From: a virus | Virus record (IMG/VR): IMGVR_UViG_3300048592_000616 | Coordinates: 1-64,000 of that record | Strand: one strand, 5' to 3' | DNA length: 64,000 nucleotides | Shown: positions 53,857 to 64,000 of the stretch, in pieces | Position numbering within the stretch: position 1 is the first letter of the stretch | Layout of the letters: the number at the start of each line of letters is the position of its first letter | Position numbers and translations under genes: made by a program | The notes under the pieces: model-generated | The model's input: only the letters and a program-made list of their open reading frames with translations | Database searches by the model: none | What the model was told of the DNA's origin: nothing

Positions 53857-56800
53857 ATGACGACAGTCATCGAAGTTGACGGCAAAATTCGCCTAGACTC
53901 CAGCGACGTCGAGAAGGGCGCGAAGAAGGCCGAGAAGTCGCTGCTGAACATCGGCAAGGTCGCCAACCCCAACCTGGCGGCGCTGGGCCTGACCGTCGGC
54001 AGCGTCGGTCTGGCGCTGGGCACGGTCGCCAAGGCGGCCGAGATGGCCTACTCGACCATCAAAGAGGGCGCGGCGCTGGAGCTGGCCCGCAGCCGCTTCG
54101 ACAACCTGACGGCCAGCATCGGCACCACGGCCGACTCGCTGTTGGGTAAATTGCGCGAGGCGACCGGGGGCATGATCTCCGATGCCGAGTTGATCGCCTC
54201 GGCGACCGACATGATGAACCTCGGCTTCGCCAAGACCGAGGACCAGGCGGTGAGACTGACGTCCGTCGCGGGTCAGCTGGGCTGGAACATGCAACAGCTA
54301 ACGCTGACGCTCGCCAACCAGTCCACCATGCGCCTGGATGCCTTGGGGCTGTCGGTCGAGGAGGTCACCGGCCGCTTCAAGGAGCTAAAGGCTTCGGGGA
54401 TGGCCGCGCAGGACGCCTTCCAGATGGCGGTCATCGAGGCCGGTGAGAAGAAGCTGGAACTGCTGGGCAGCGCGGCCGAGACGTCGGCCGGCAAGTTGCA
54501 AAAGTTCGAGGCGGGCTGGGCCAACTCGACCAACGCCATGAAGATCGCGGCCGTGCAGTTGGCCGACAACATCGGACTGATCGAGTCATTGAGCAATGTC
54601 ACGTCGGGCCTGGCGCGTTCCACCGGGTTTTCCGATGAGCTGGACCGGGCGCTCCAGAACCGCATCATCACCCTCGAACGCTATGAGGAGCTTCGCAACA
54701 CGTCGCGGGGGTCGAACATTAACCACCGCACCGGCGAGATCATCGACGTCGGCGCGTTTGACCAGCTAGACCTGCTGTACAAGCTGAAAGAGGCGCTCGA
54801 CAACGCGGCCATCAGCCGCGAGCGCTACAACGAACTCGTCGAGGCCAGCGCGACGGCCGAGGGCTACAAGGCGGCCCAGCTCGAGGTCGATACGCTGATC
54901 ATCTTGAAGGCCGCGCTGGACGAGGCGGCCATCAGTCAGGAGCGGTACAACGAACTGGTGCTAATGGCCCAGGGGGGCAACACCGAAGGCGCGACCCGGC
55001 AGCTCGAACTCCAAACGCAGATCAACAAGCTGTACGAGAACGGCGCTATCTCCCTGGCCGCCTACATCCGCATGACGGCCGGTCTAAAAACCAACACGGC
55101 CGCCGTCGCCGCAGAGGTCAGCGGCTACACGTCGCAGCTTCGCGGCAACGCCGAGGAGATGGCGCACCTGGGCGGGGAGACCCACAAAGCGGCCGGTGAG
55201 ATATGGGACTGGCGCGAGTACGTCGGGCAGACGGCCGAAGAGACCCGCGCCTTTGAGGCGGCCCTGGCCGACGCCGCTTTCGCCCAGGAGGTCGTCGCCG
55301 CCCGCGCCCGCATGGCCGCCGAGGCCGTCACCGCGCTGTCGGTCGCCTTCAACTCCATTTCGGCCGACTACATGAATGACCTGCCCGGCGCAGACGACCC
55401 GCTCGTCACGCCGGAGCGGCAGGTGTCCTTCGTCGTCGCCGGGCCGACCAACGACCAGACAGCGCTCCTCCAGGAGTACCAAGACCTGTATGACAAGGCG
55501 GCCGACAAGGTCCGCGACCTGACCAACGGGATCGGCACCTTCGGGATGGAGCAGGACAAGGTCAACGATGCCCTCGAAGAGGCCAACGCCGAGATGGCCT
55601 ACTACGGCGGGCTGATGGAGCCGCTGCGCTCCATCCCGACCGAGGTCGGCACGGCGCAGCAGGGCATGACGGTCAACGTCAACGCGGCGCGGACGGCGCT
55701 CTTCGAGCAGGCGCAGGCGGCCGGGGCCAACGCCCCGGCGCTGGTAGCGCTTGGCGTCGCCACGGGGCAGATGACCGAGGCCCAGGGCGAGGCGGCGCTC
55801 AAGGCGGCCGCACTGTTCGCCCGCATCCAGGAGCTAGGCGTCCTCATTGCCGGGGGCATGTCCATCGACGTGGCGATGAACCTGCTGGACTCGTTTATTG
55901 CCCAGATGAACGGTGAGTTCATCCCCACGACCGGCGACATCCCGCCCGCCATGGCCGACGCCAAGGAGGCCGTGGGCGAGTTTGGGGACTCGGCCAACGA
56001 CGCCGAGGAGGACACGCGCGGCCTCAAGGAAGCCGTCGATGAGTACAACGGCACCGAGGCCACGGCCTACCTCTACCTGGACGACGACAAAGCCTGGACC
56101 GACCTCGATACGCTCAACGCGGCGCTGGAGGCTTACGGTCACTCCAGCTATACCGCTTACCTGGACACAGTGGTCAACCCGCCGAACAACAATGGCGGCG
56201 GCGGGGGCGGCGGTGGGGGTGGGACCGGCGACGATCCCGACCCGGTCCGCGACGACCGCAGCGTCGGCGGCGGCAAGGGGGGTGCCAAGTCGCCCATCGC
56301 GCAGTACCGGGAGCTAGGGCGGGCGCTGGGCGCGGCGATGGTTGGCGGGATCGAGCGGGAGTTGGTGGACGGGCAGAACACCGTCGCCAAGCAGATCGTG
56401 GCCCTGGGTAACAGCGCCAGTCGCTTGTTCAACAGCTTCATGAGCGCCATGCCGGACCTGTCGCCGGATATCGACAAGGCGTCCGACGCTTTGCAGACGG
56501 CCGTGGACGCCCTCGCGCCGTTCTGGAGCGATACGGTCATCGACAACATCAATGACATGGACCCGGCGCAGGCGGCCGAGGCGCTGCGTAACCTGCGGGC
56601 GCGCAGCGTCTACCAGAACAACCCGGAGGCCAAGCGACGACTGGAGGAGGCGATCCGGCTGGCCGACGAGCGCAACCGCCTGGAGGCCGAGTACGCCGAA
56701 CAGCAGAAGAAAATTCTCGAATACCAGGAGCGCCAAGCGCAGCTTTCCTTCCTGCAAACGCAGCTGGAGCTATTGCAACTCATCCGGGACAACGGCCTGG

Positions 56801-57171
56801 ACGCCAACATCCTGGCCGGGTTGACGCTGGGCCTCGACGCCGACATGGATAGCCTGATGGCGGTCATGATGGAGGTCATGCAGTCCATCATCGGCGCGGC
56901 CGAGGAGGAGCTTGGTATCCACTCGCCATCCACCGTCTTCGCGGAGATCGGGCACCAGATGATGGCCGGGCTGGAGAAGGGCATCCGGGGCGGCGGCGAC
57001 ATGGCCTCGATGTTCCTGGGCAAGGACCTGTACCGCAGCGCCGACATGCTGCGCGCGGCGGTCGCCAACAACTACAACAACCGCAACCTCTATATCTACG
57101 GTGGCGTGAGCGTGCATCGCGACACGCCGTTCAGTTCGTTCATTGAGGAGTTATACGGGGTGTCACAATGA
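53857..57171 (+). CDS. Tail tape measure protein
   Basis: 1104 aa, Ala-rich; LDALGL and LGIHSPSTVF motifs. Confidence 0.88.
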   Translation: MTTVIEVDGKIRLDSSDVEKGAKKAEKSLLNIGKVANPNLAALGLTVGSVGLALGTVAKAAEMAYSTIKEGAALELARSRFDNLTASIGTTADSLLGKLREATGGMISDAELIASATDMMNLGFAKTEDQAVRLTSVAGQLGWNMQQLTLTLANQSTMRLDALGLSVEEVTGRFKELKASGMAAQDAFQMAVIEAGEKKLELLGSAAETSAGKLQKFEAGWANSTNAMKIAAVQLADNIGLIESLSNVTSGLARSTGFSDELDRALQNRIITLERYEELRNTSRGSNINHRTGEIIDVGAFDQLDLLYKLKEALDNAAISRERYNELVEASATAEGYKAAQLEVDTLIILKAALDEAAISQERYNELVLMAQGGNTEGATRQLELQTQINKLYENGAISLAAYIRMTAGLKTNTAAVAAEVSGYTSQLRGNAEEMAHLGGETHKAAGEIWDWREYVGQTAEETRAFEAALADAAFAQEVVAARARMAAEAVTALSVAFNSISADYMNDLPGADDPLVTPERQVSFVVAGPTNDQTALLQEYQDLYDKAADKVRDLTNGIGTFGMEQDKVNDALEEANAEMAYYGGLMEPLRSIPTEVGTAQQGMTVNVNAARTALFEQAQAAGANAPALVALGVATGQMTEAQGEAALKAAALFARIQELGVLIAGGMSIDVAMNLLDSFIAQMNGEFIPTTGDIPPAMADAKEAVGEFGDSANDAEEDTRGLKEAVDEYNGTEATAYLYLDDDKAWTDLDTLNAALEAYGHSSYTAYLDTVVNPPNNNGGGGGGGGGGTGDDPDPVRDDRSVGGGKGGAKSPIAQYRELGRALGAAMVGGIERELVDGQNTVAKQIVALGNSASRLFNSFMSAMPDLSPDIDKASDALQTAVDALAPFWSDTVIDNINDMDPAQAAEALRNLRARSVYQNNPEAKRRLEEAIRLADERNRLEAEYAEQQKKILEYQERQAQLSFLQTQLELLQLIRDNGLDANILAGLTLGLDADMDSLMAVMMEVMQSIIGAAEEELGIHSPSTVFAEIGHQMMAGLEKGIRGGGDMASMFLGKDLYRSADMLRAAVANNYNNRNLYIYGGVSVHRDTPFSSFIEELYGVSQ

Positions 57172-59159
57172 AGATCGTGAGTTTCGGCGGGTTGGCTTTG
57201 AATAACGCCACCTACACCGCCAGTTTCCCCACCTCCTACCAGCAGCCCGGCCGCGAGGTGGCCTATGCCAGCCGCCACGGCCGCCCGCCCATCGCCACGG
57301 CCATCAACTACACCGTGTTTGCGCTGCCGCCGCTGGAGGTCGCCATTGACGGCGTGGGGGTCGATGTGGACGCGGCGCGCCGGGCGCTGTTCGCGGCGTT
57401 TGACACGCGGCGCGAGGCGCGGGCGCTGGTCATCTCCGACGATAACGGCAGCAACGAGCGGTTCCTGATGTGCATCTGCCGCCAGCCGGATCAGGTCATG
57501 GGCAAGGGTGCGTTCTCTTTCGCGTTCTCCCTCCTGGCGGCCGAGGAGCAGGAGTTCGCCAGCGTCCAGGAGACGGTGGATACCTGGAACCTGACCGCCA
57601 GCGGCCAGACGCGGATGCTGACCGTCACCGGCGACCTGGACACCGACCCGATCTACGAGATCACCCCCACGACCGCCAAGAGCGGCAGCAACCTCACCGA
57701 GCGCCAGTTCGCGGCCGTGCGCTGGTATGGCACGGCGACGAAGGGCTGGCCGGTGGACATCACCAACGCCTCGTTCGACACGGCAGCGCTGGTGACGGCG
57801 GGCAAGGTGTCAGCCGCGAGCAACATCACGGTGTTCGTCAACGGCGTTGAGGTGCGACGCTGGATCGTCGGCTTTAACACGACCACGACGAAGGTCTGGG
57901 TCAACCTCGACTTCGAGGCCGGTCGCCAGAACCGGCTGTCCGGCTGGGACGGGGAGGCCGAGCGACCGCTCTCGTCCGGGGACGAGCCGACGTCGCTGAT
58001 CTTGCGCGAGAGCATCGACCAGTGGCCGGAGACCGGCATCCTGATGATCGGCACCGAGCTATTCACCTATAAAGGCCGCGACCCAGGCCGCGCCACGCTG
58101 CTCGGCGTAGCGCGGGCGCGGCACGGCAGCACGGCCGGGGCGCACTCCAGCGGCGCGTCCTGTATCGCGATCCAGAACAACATCATCATTGCCTATGGCC
58201 CGGGGACGACCAACAAGACCGAGTTCACCGAGGACACGATCCCGCTCGGCAACGGGTACTACAGCTACGACGCGCGCAAGCCGATGATCGACCTCACCGC
58301 CAGCAGCAATGCGTCGTGGAAGTGGACGACCTTCGGTGAGGCATCCAACCCGCGCGCGGCGGAGTGGGACAATGTCTTGACGACCTTTGGGCATTCGCTA
58401 TTTAGTGACCCGACGTCCGGCACCCTGGTGTCGCCTTTCGAGAACATCGGTATCCGCATTGACGACGACGAGTTAAGCGGCATCTCGCGCTGGACCATGC
58501 CCCTGGCACGGCCGGTCATCTCCTTTGGCGTGGTTGGCGTGGGGAAGATAATGCGATCGCTAGGGCGCTCCCAGACCCCAGCCGACTACTGGGGGATCAA
58601 CTTCGTAACTGCGGACAGCACCGGTTCGGAGCGCACGGCGTTCTCGCTGCCGCAGCCGACCGTACCAGAGGGGGGACCTATCGACGCGGGCGCGGGTAGT
58701 ATCACCCTGGTCAAGAACTACAGCGGGACGACCACGCCGCTCTCCCCACACGAGGCCGGGCGCACGCTGTCCCTCAAGGCGTTTGGCCGGGGCGCGATGT
58801 CCATCTACTTGTCCGAGGTAAGGGTCGGCTTCGGCAACGGCGCGAATGACGACATGACCGTCACCCTGTACCCGCCCGCCACGATGTATGACGCCAACAC
58901 CCAACTGACCAACGTCACGACCGGCGAAACGCTGACTATCCGGCTGCCGATGGAGCCCGGCAAGACGCTGGTCATAGACACCCAGCGGTACACCGTGACG
59001 TATGACAACGGCGGGACGAACCAGTATCAGGCCGTCCGGCGCAATAGCGCGCGCCCTGAATGGCTGCGACTCGTGCCGGGGACGAATTTGCTACGGGTGA
59101 CAGAGCCGGGCCTGACGGGCCTGACACTGACCACCCGCTGGCGAGAGGTATACCGCTAA
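57168..59159 (+). CDS. Distal tail protein (Dit-like, with insertions)
   Basis: Follows the tape measure; WLRLVPGTN C-terminus; GTELFTY..ARARHGSTA insert. Confidence 0.7.
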   Translation: MKIVSFGGLALNNATYTASFPTSYQQPGREVAYASRHGRPPIATAINYTVFALPPLEVAIDGVGVDVDAARRALFAAFDTRREARALVISDDNGSNERFLMCICRQPDQVMGKGAFSFAFSLLAAEEQEFASVQETVDTWNLTASGQTRMLTVTGDLDTDPIYEITPTTAKSGSNLTERQFAAVRWYGTATKGWPVDITNASFDTAALVTAGKVSAASNITVFVNGVEVRRWIVGFNTTTTKVWVNLDFEAGRQNRLSGWDGEAERPLSSGDEPTSLILRESIDQWPETGILMIGTELFTYKGRDPGRATLLGVARARHGSTAGAHSSGASCIAIQNNIIIAYGPGTTNKTEFTEDTIPLGNGYYSYDARKPMIDLTASSNASWKWTTFGEASNPRAAEWDNVLTTFGHSLFSDPTSGTLVSPFENIGIRIDDDELSGISRWTMPLARPVISFGVVGVGKIMRSLGRSQTPADYWGINFVTADSTGSERTAFSLPQPTVPEGGPIDAGAGSITLVKNYSGTTTPLSPHEAGRTLSLKAFGRGAMSIYLSEVRVGFGNGANDDMTVTLYPPATMYDANTQLTNVTTGETLTIRLPMEPGKTLVIDTQRYTVTYDNGGTNQYQAVRRNSARPEWLRLVPGTNLLRVTEPGLTGLTLTTRWREVYR

Positions 59160-59720
59160 GTGGAAACCATCACTTTATTCCCCACGGCCAGCGCTCATGA
59201 CGCCCGCGAGATAGGTACCGGCGTGGTGTCGGTGAGCGACACCGAACTCATTCTAACCTCGGGTCTGCATTGGTCCGGTCTGTGGGTTGACGCGACGGCC
59301 TATGCGAGCGACCTGCCCGGCAAGGTAACGGCGGCCACGTTGCATTACTACCCCAGGGGCACCGGGTATGACACACCCAACTTGACATGGTATGGGGAGG
59401 CTGCGAACTCTGCCGCAGTCTTTACCACGGCCGACTATAACATCAGCAGCCGCACGCCGACTGCGGCCAGCGCATCCGATGTGGGATCAAGTGTGGGAGG
59501 TGGGAAGCGCAGCATCGACATAACAAGCATTGTCCAAGAGATCACGTCGCTGCCGGGGTGGAGTGGGCCAATTGCCCTGCAAGGCGATTGTGCTGGCGGC
59601 GTCAACTTGCGCATCTATGCCCACGACAACGGTTCAAGTATCTGGAGTGTGGAGATCGAATACCAGAGCGGCAATTTGGCCGCCCTTATGAGCGCCGACC
59701 GGCGCAGGAGAGTGCAATAG
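59160..59720 (+). CDS. Tail-associated beta-sandwich protein
   Basis: DITSIVQEITSLPGW motif. Confidence 0.6.
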   Translation: METITLFPTASAHDAREIGTGVVSVSDTELILTSGLHWSGLWVDATAYASDLPGKVTAATLHYYPRGTGYDTPNLTWYGEAANSAAVFTTADYNISSRTPTAASASDVGSSVGGGKRSIDITSIVQEITSLPGWSGPIALQGDCAGGVNLRIYAHDNGSSIWSVEIEYQSGNLAALMSADRRRRVQ

Positions 59721-60568
59721 TGACTCAGTACTTGAGTTCAACTTCCGGCAGTATCGTCATGGGGCCGTTCCAAAGCATCACCGACGGATCGCTCATGACC
59801 GGGCTGGCCGGGAGCATCACTGTCTACCGCATCACACCAAACGGGCGAGTGGCGCGAGACAGCACTGGCACCATCACCCACCTCGGAGGCGCATGGTACA
59901 ACGTGCCGCTGTCGAGCGTAGACCTCACCCGAAGCCCCGCAAACTCCCTGAACGTGACGTTCTCGGCCGTCGCAACCGGGGCGGCCCCGGTCTGGCATGA
60001 ATGCTTGCTGTTCACCTCGGATTGGCATGCTGCGATGTTCGGCGGCTCTCGCCTCAAAACGGAGCTTGCCTCCATCGCCTGGGACGGACCGCTGGTTCCC
60101 GACTACATAGTGAACCTCGTAAACGCGTTTGACGGCGTGACCGGCTACGACTTTCCCGGCAGCTCTATCGATGCCAACGTGTACCAGATCAACTACAACA
60201 CCTCTGCCGCGCAGAACTTGCGCAAAGCCTACGACGGTGCGACCGGCTACGCCCACCCGTTCAACACATACCCGGCCAACGTCACGTCGATCAACGGATC
60301 GGCGACGGCCGCGGCTGTCCTGCGGCGGGCCAACGAAGCGCCAGTTATCAGCGTGGTCGCGGCGGGGTCCCCGACCTCGACGGCGTTCCCGGTCTCTCTC
60401 GGCGGCACCTATGGCACCGGTGCGCTCATCGGCCGAATCGTTTACTTTACGACCGGCGCGCGCACGGGGTGTTCGCAGGTCATCTCGGCGTCCACCTCGA
60501 CGCTCATCACCCTGGCGTCGGCGCTGCCCGGCGCGCCCGGTGTAGGTGACGCCTTCATCATCGTCTAA
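59720..60568 (+). CDS. Minor tail/structural protein
   Basis: AGGAG RBS with GTG start; APGVGDAFII end. Confidence 0.6.
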   Translation: MTQYLSSTSGSIVMGPFQSITDGSLMTGLAGSITVYRITPNGRVARDSTGTITHLGGAWYNVPLSSVDLTRSPANSLNVTFSAVATGAAPVWHECLLFTSDWHAAMFGGSRLKTELASIAWDGPLVPDYIVNLVNAFDGVTGYDFPGSSIDANVYQINYNTSAAQNLRKAYDGATGYAHPFNTYPANVTSINGSATAAAVLRRANEAPVISVVAAGSPTSTAFPVSLGGTYGTGALIGRIVYFTTGARTGCSQVISASTSTLITLASALPGAPGVGDAFIIV

Positions 60569-61734
60569 TGGCCGACCTACTGTACATCCGTCGTCGCCGA
60601 ATCGGTGGGGTGACGGAATTCCCCAAGGACTACCTCATCGTCCTGCCGCGGCCGGTCACGCCGATCTACGGCAGGGAGATCAGCGACCGCCGGGTGGGCC
60701 TGGCACCGATCCGCACCCTTATCGGCGACGCCAATTCCGGGACATTGCTGGGGGAGATCGCCGCCGACTTGCAGCACGTCTCTTGGCTGATCAGCCGTCA
60801 CGGCGACGCGGAGTTCGTTCTGCCGTCCAACGACCCCGCTGTGCGCTCCGGCCTTATCCAGCCCGGCCGCCGGATCGCGCTGGAGATCGACAACGGCCTG
60901 CCGGTATGGGGCGGGGTGATCGACGTACCCACCGACAACGACGGGCTAACGACGACTTGGCGGGCCTATGAGTCCAGCTACTTGCTGCGCTCTCGCTACA
61001 CCGGCCGCCACGTCAAGTTCGCCAAGGTGACGGCGGGCGGCGTGGTCAGCGCGCTCATGACGGCCGCCAATGCGGGCGCGCTGTCCGGGATCGTGCTGAT
61101 CGTCCATGACAGCGGCGAGACGACGATCACCCAGGAGTACCACCTGGAGGCGCTCTACGACGTATTCGAGCGGGACATCTGGCCGCTGCTGGAGTTCCGC
61201 ATGACGCCGGTCGTCACCGACTCGATCTCGTTCATCATGGAGGTCGGGGTGCGGATCGGCCGCGACGTTTCCGGGCGCGTGGCGCTGGTGCAGGGGGTCA
61301 ACACCGACCGGCCGAAGGTCACGACCCAGGGGCCGATCATCAACCACCTCACCTACGCGGCCGGGGACGGGGCATGGGACCCGTCGGCCAACGACGCTCG
61401 CGCCGTGGTCACCGTCTTGGACGACAGGAGCATCAAACGCTATGGCCTGCGCCAGGGTGTCCATATCGCCAGCGTCAACGACGCGCCGACGTTGGAGAAA
61501 ATGGCGACGGCAGACCTGGCCGAGATGCGCGAACCTTACCGGGCTATCTCGCTTAGTGCGCTTAACCTGCCACCGGCAACCTTCGGTGACTACCAGGTCG
61601 GCGACACGGTGAGTGTCGAGTTATTCGGCGAGTATGGGATGGGCGGCGGCGATGACAGGACCGCCCGTGTGTTGGGACGAGAGTTTCGGCCGGCCGACGG
61701 TGTCTGCCGCCTGATCCTCGCCAACAACCGATAG
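60568..61734 (+). CDS. Minor tail/baseplate hub protein
   Basis: VWGGVI, SIKRYGLRQ, YQVGDTV. Confidence 0.7.
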   Translation: MADLLYIRRRRIGGVTEFPKDYLIVLPRPVTPIYGREISDRRVGLAPIRTLIGDANSGTLLGEIAADLQHVSWLISRHGDAEFVLPSNDPAVRSGLIQPGRRIALEIDNGLPVWGGVIDVPTDNDGLTTTWRAYESSYLLRSRYTGRHVKFAKVTAGGVVSALMTAANAGALSGIVLIVHDSGETTITQEYHLEALYDVFERDIWPLLEFRMTPVVTDSISFIMEVGVRIGRDVSGRVALVQGVNTDRPKVTTQGPIINHLTYAAGDGAWDPSANDARAVVTVLDDRSIKRYGLRQGVHIASVNDAPTLEKMATADLAEMREPYRAISLSALNLPPATFGDYQVGDTVSVELFGEYGMGGGDDRTARVLGREFRPADGVCRLILANNR

Positions 61735-61744
61735 GGAGCTACAC

Positions 61745-61975
61745 ATGAATGCACGAGGATCAAGGCGGATCGACCGGGTGGCGATCCCGGACAACATCAT
61801 CGACCAAATGGAAACGCTCAAGCGCCAGGTGGCCGAGCTACGTCGGCGCACCATCACCCCGCCCAGCACGACGCCGACCGTCCGGCGCACGGCCGAGGAC
61901 GGTCGGGTATTCCAACTGCAAAGCATAGAGCTACGCGGCCGTTCGCACTACTTCTGGTCGGAGGTGAGCGAGTGA
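61745..61975 (+). CDS. Small tail-associated protein
   Basis: GGGAG RBS; short coiled coil. Confidence 0.55.
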   Translation: MNARGSRRIDRVAIPDNIIDQMETLKRQVAELRRRTITPPSTTPTVRRTAEDGRVFQLQSIELRGRSHYFWSEVSE

Positions 61976-64000
61976 CAACTTACTACGTCAACGCCGGACC
62001 CAGCGGTAACAACAGCAACGACGGCCGGTCCTCCGGGTCACCCTGGAAGACGCTGAGTAAGGCGGCAAGCTCCATCAGCAACGGCGATACCGTCAAGATC
62101 GCACCGGGCACCTACTCCGAACGCCTGACAATCCGCACCCCGAACTCGACTTGGGAGCACGACGGCACTGCCGGGACGGTCTATATCGAGGGCGGCTATA
62201 CCAACACGACCGCCTGGAGGAACAACAACCAGACCTACCGGCCGGACCAAGGCAGCTGGGGGACGGGCACATGGAACGCCGGTGGATACCAAAACCTCGT
62301 GAACATCGAGGCCAGCGGGGTGACGCTCAACGGCAAGACCAAGTACGGCATTGTCATTAGATATGCGCCGGGCGAGGGGCTTCAGACAACGTTGGACGGC
62401 CACGACGCGATCATCAAGTTCGTACACGTGGACTACTGCTACGGCGGCGGCTGGCGCATCTTCAGTAATGACACCTTGGTCGAAGATTGCGCCTGTACGC
62501 GGTGCGGCCTGCAGTTGTTTGACCCGGATTCCCTCGCCGTCGGACCGGCGGGCGTCCCCGTTGCGTTTCTGGTGGCCCAAACCGACATCAATCACAGAAC
62601 CGAGCGGGTTACCGTGCGTCGCGTCATTTCCCAATGCAACTGGGGGGAGGGTATCGCGGCGGGCTTCGGCTCAATAGATGTCGTCGTCGAGTCCTGCGAG
62701 AGTTCCACGAACTACCATCTGGCCTTCTATGCCAACTGCGGCCGTGACGCCACCTTTCGGAACAACATCGCCTGGTGGGACGCCGCCGCATCCGACTTTA
62801 CGGGATCCAGCGGTGATACCGCAGACGGGTTCGTGTTTGGCGATGAGAGCAAGCGGCTGGCTAGCAGCGACCTGCCCTCCTTATCCGCAAGGTATTACAA
62901 CAACATCGCCATCGGGGTTCGTCGCGGTTTTCAGATACGAAACAACGGCAGCAACTACAGAACGCAGGTCGACGGTTTGTACTTCGGGTTCAACACCATT
63001 ATTGCCACCGCCGACGCCAAATTCGCCATTGACCTTGGAGGCGCACCCCCCAACGCCAACCCGAAGGCGCTCATCGAAAACAACGTCATCGAGGTGCTGG
63101 GGGGCGCGGTGACGGCGAAGGGGACGGACAAATACACCTTCCGCAACAACGTTTGGCGTAGCACCCCGCCGTCCTCGGCAAGAGGGGCGGGCGATGTCTA
63201 CGCTAACCCTCGGCTAACCAACCCCAACTTCACCTTGCCCGCCACGAATTGCAACAAGAAGGGGGCATCCTTCACGCCGGTCAGCATCCGTAACAGCATC
63301 CAGTTCGCCCAGTTGCAATCCACTAGCCCGGCGATCAACAAAGCCGCGTCCGGGTCGGCCGGGGGCGTCACCCCGCCATCCGTGACGACTGACATCTCCG
63401 GCGCGGCGCGCGGCGCGGCGCGGGACTGTGGCGCGTGGGAGTTCGGCGGGACGCCTACCGACCCGGGCGACGAGTTGACCGCCAACTTCTCGCAGTCGGC
63501 CACATCGGGCGAGGTGCCGCTGACGGTCAACTTCGTGGATACCAGCGTCAGCACCGGCACCAAGACCGCCTGGTTGTGGGACTTCGGGAACGGCGCGACA
63601 TCGACCGTGCAGAACCCGACCTACGTCTATAGCACGCCGGGGGTCTACACGCCGAGCCTGACGGTCTACGACAACAACGGCCTGCAGGCGACCAAGACGG
63701 GATCGCCGATCACCGTCATCCCGGCCACGGAACCGCCCAGCGGCGGCGGGAGCGGCGGCGTGGCGGCCGCGCGGGCGACGACGCGCACCTCGACCGGCAG
63801 CCAGACGATCACCGGCCTGGGCACCAAGACGCCGCTGGCGCTGCTGTTCATCTTATCCGGCGCGCCGACGGTGGGCACGCAGGCCGATAACGCGCACCTG
63901 TGTATCGGCGTGTGGACGCCCGCCGCGCAGTACGCCCAAGTCATTGGCGGTCGCGACAACGTGGCGGCCATCGACGACCGCAGCGGCCACGTCGTCGGCA
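61972..64000 (+). CDS. Tail spike/depolymerase-like protein: right-handed beta-helix plus PKD domain (truncated at window end)
   Basis: Translated by eye: TTYYVN..GNNSNDG...PWKTLSKA...GDTV.IAPGTY, YNNI/ENNV repeats, DCGAWEF, PLTVNF...WLWDFGNG...NPTYVY..PGVY. Confidence 0.8.
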   Translation, partial: MTTYYVNAGPSGNNSNDGRSSGSPWKTLSKAASSISNGDTVKIAPGTYSERLTIRTPNSTWEHDGTAGTVYIEGGYTNTTAWRNNNQTYRPDQGSWGTGTWNAGGYQNLVNIEASGVTLNGKTKYGIVIRYAPGEGLQTTLDGHDAIIKFVHVDYCYGGGWRIFSNDTLVEDCACTRCGLQLFDPDSLAVGPAGVPVAFLVAQTDINHRTERVTVRRVISQCNWGEGIAAGFGSIDVVVESCESSTNYHLAFYANCGRDATFRNNIAWWDAAASDFTGSSGDTADGFVFGDESKRLASSDLPSLSARYYNNIAIGVRRGFQIRNNGSNYRTQVDGLYFGFNTIIATADAKFAIDLGGAPPNANPKALIENNVIEVLGGAVTAKGTDKYTFRNNVWRSTPPSSARGAGDVYANPRLTNPNFTLPATNCNKKGASFTPVSIRNSIQFAQLQSTSPAINKAASGSAGGVTPPSVTTDISGAARGAARDCGAWEFGGTPTDPGDELTANFSQSATSGEVPLTVNFVDTSVSTGTKTAWLWDFGNGATSTVQNPTYVYSTPGVYTPSLTVYDNNGLQATKTGSPITVIPATEPPSGGGSGGVAAARATTRTSTGSQTITGLGTKTPLALLFILSGAPTVGTQADNAHLCIGVWTPAAQYAQVIGGRDNVAAIDDRSGHVVG

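Noticed and set aside
1-64000. Integrase, att sites or IS elements
   Set aside because: No tyrosine/serine recombinase or transposase motifs were found among the ORFs; they may lie outside the window.

Overview
This window is a 64-kb, high-GC segment of a tailed (siphovirus-like) bacteriophage, probably a phage-plasmid: it has parA plus an adaptor, a replication initiator with a counter-transcribed leader RNA, and DnaB, and no integrase is seen. The host is inferred, not shown, to be a Chloroflexota bacterium (Anaerolineae/Ardenticatenia-like), from the endolysin domains, LexA-box type and abundant CGGCCG. Layout: 1.9-6.1 kb, an array-less type IV-B-like cas operon (csf1, cas11, csf2, csf3) running directly into a Trm1-like SAM methyltransferase and a TGT/DpdA-like enzyme where cysH usually sits. 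6-14 kb, accessory genes (GIY-YIG nuclease, RtcB, DUF5662-like, MazG-like, lipoprotein). 14.25-14.41 kb, a stand-alone promoter-(NN-GGC)x15-terminator small-RNA unit, the most unusual element here. 14.4-17.7 kb, a large GH25 endolysin. 18-24 kb, a HicA-TM protein, an RHH/FtsK-like transfer module, partition genes and an OmpR-like pseudo-receiver regulator. 24.7-38.4 kb, replication, two DNA methyltransferases, RusA, a truncated LexA-like protein and dCTP deaminase. 38.4-64 kb, intein-containing TerL, a protease-scaffold-capsid fusion, portal, tail genes and a truncated beta-helix/PKD tail spike. Three families of repeated regulatory motifs are also visible. All protein calls come from motifs read by eye; no database searches were run.
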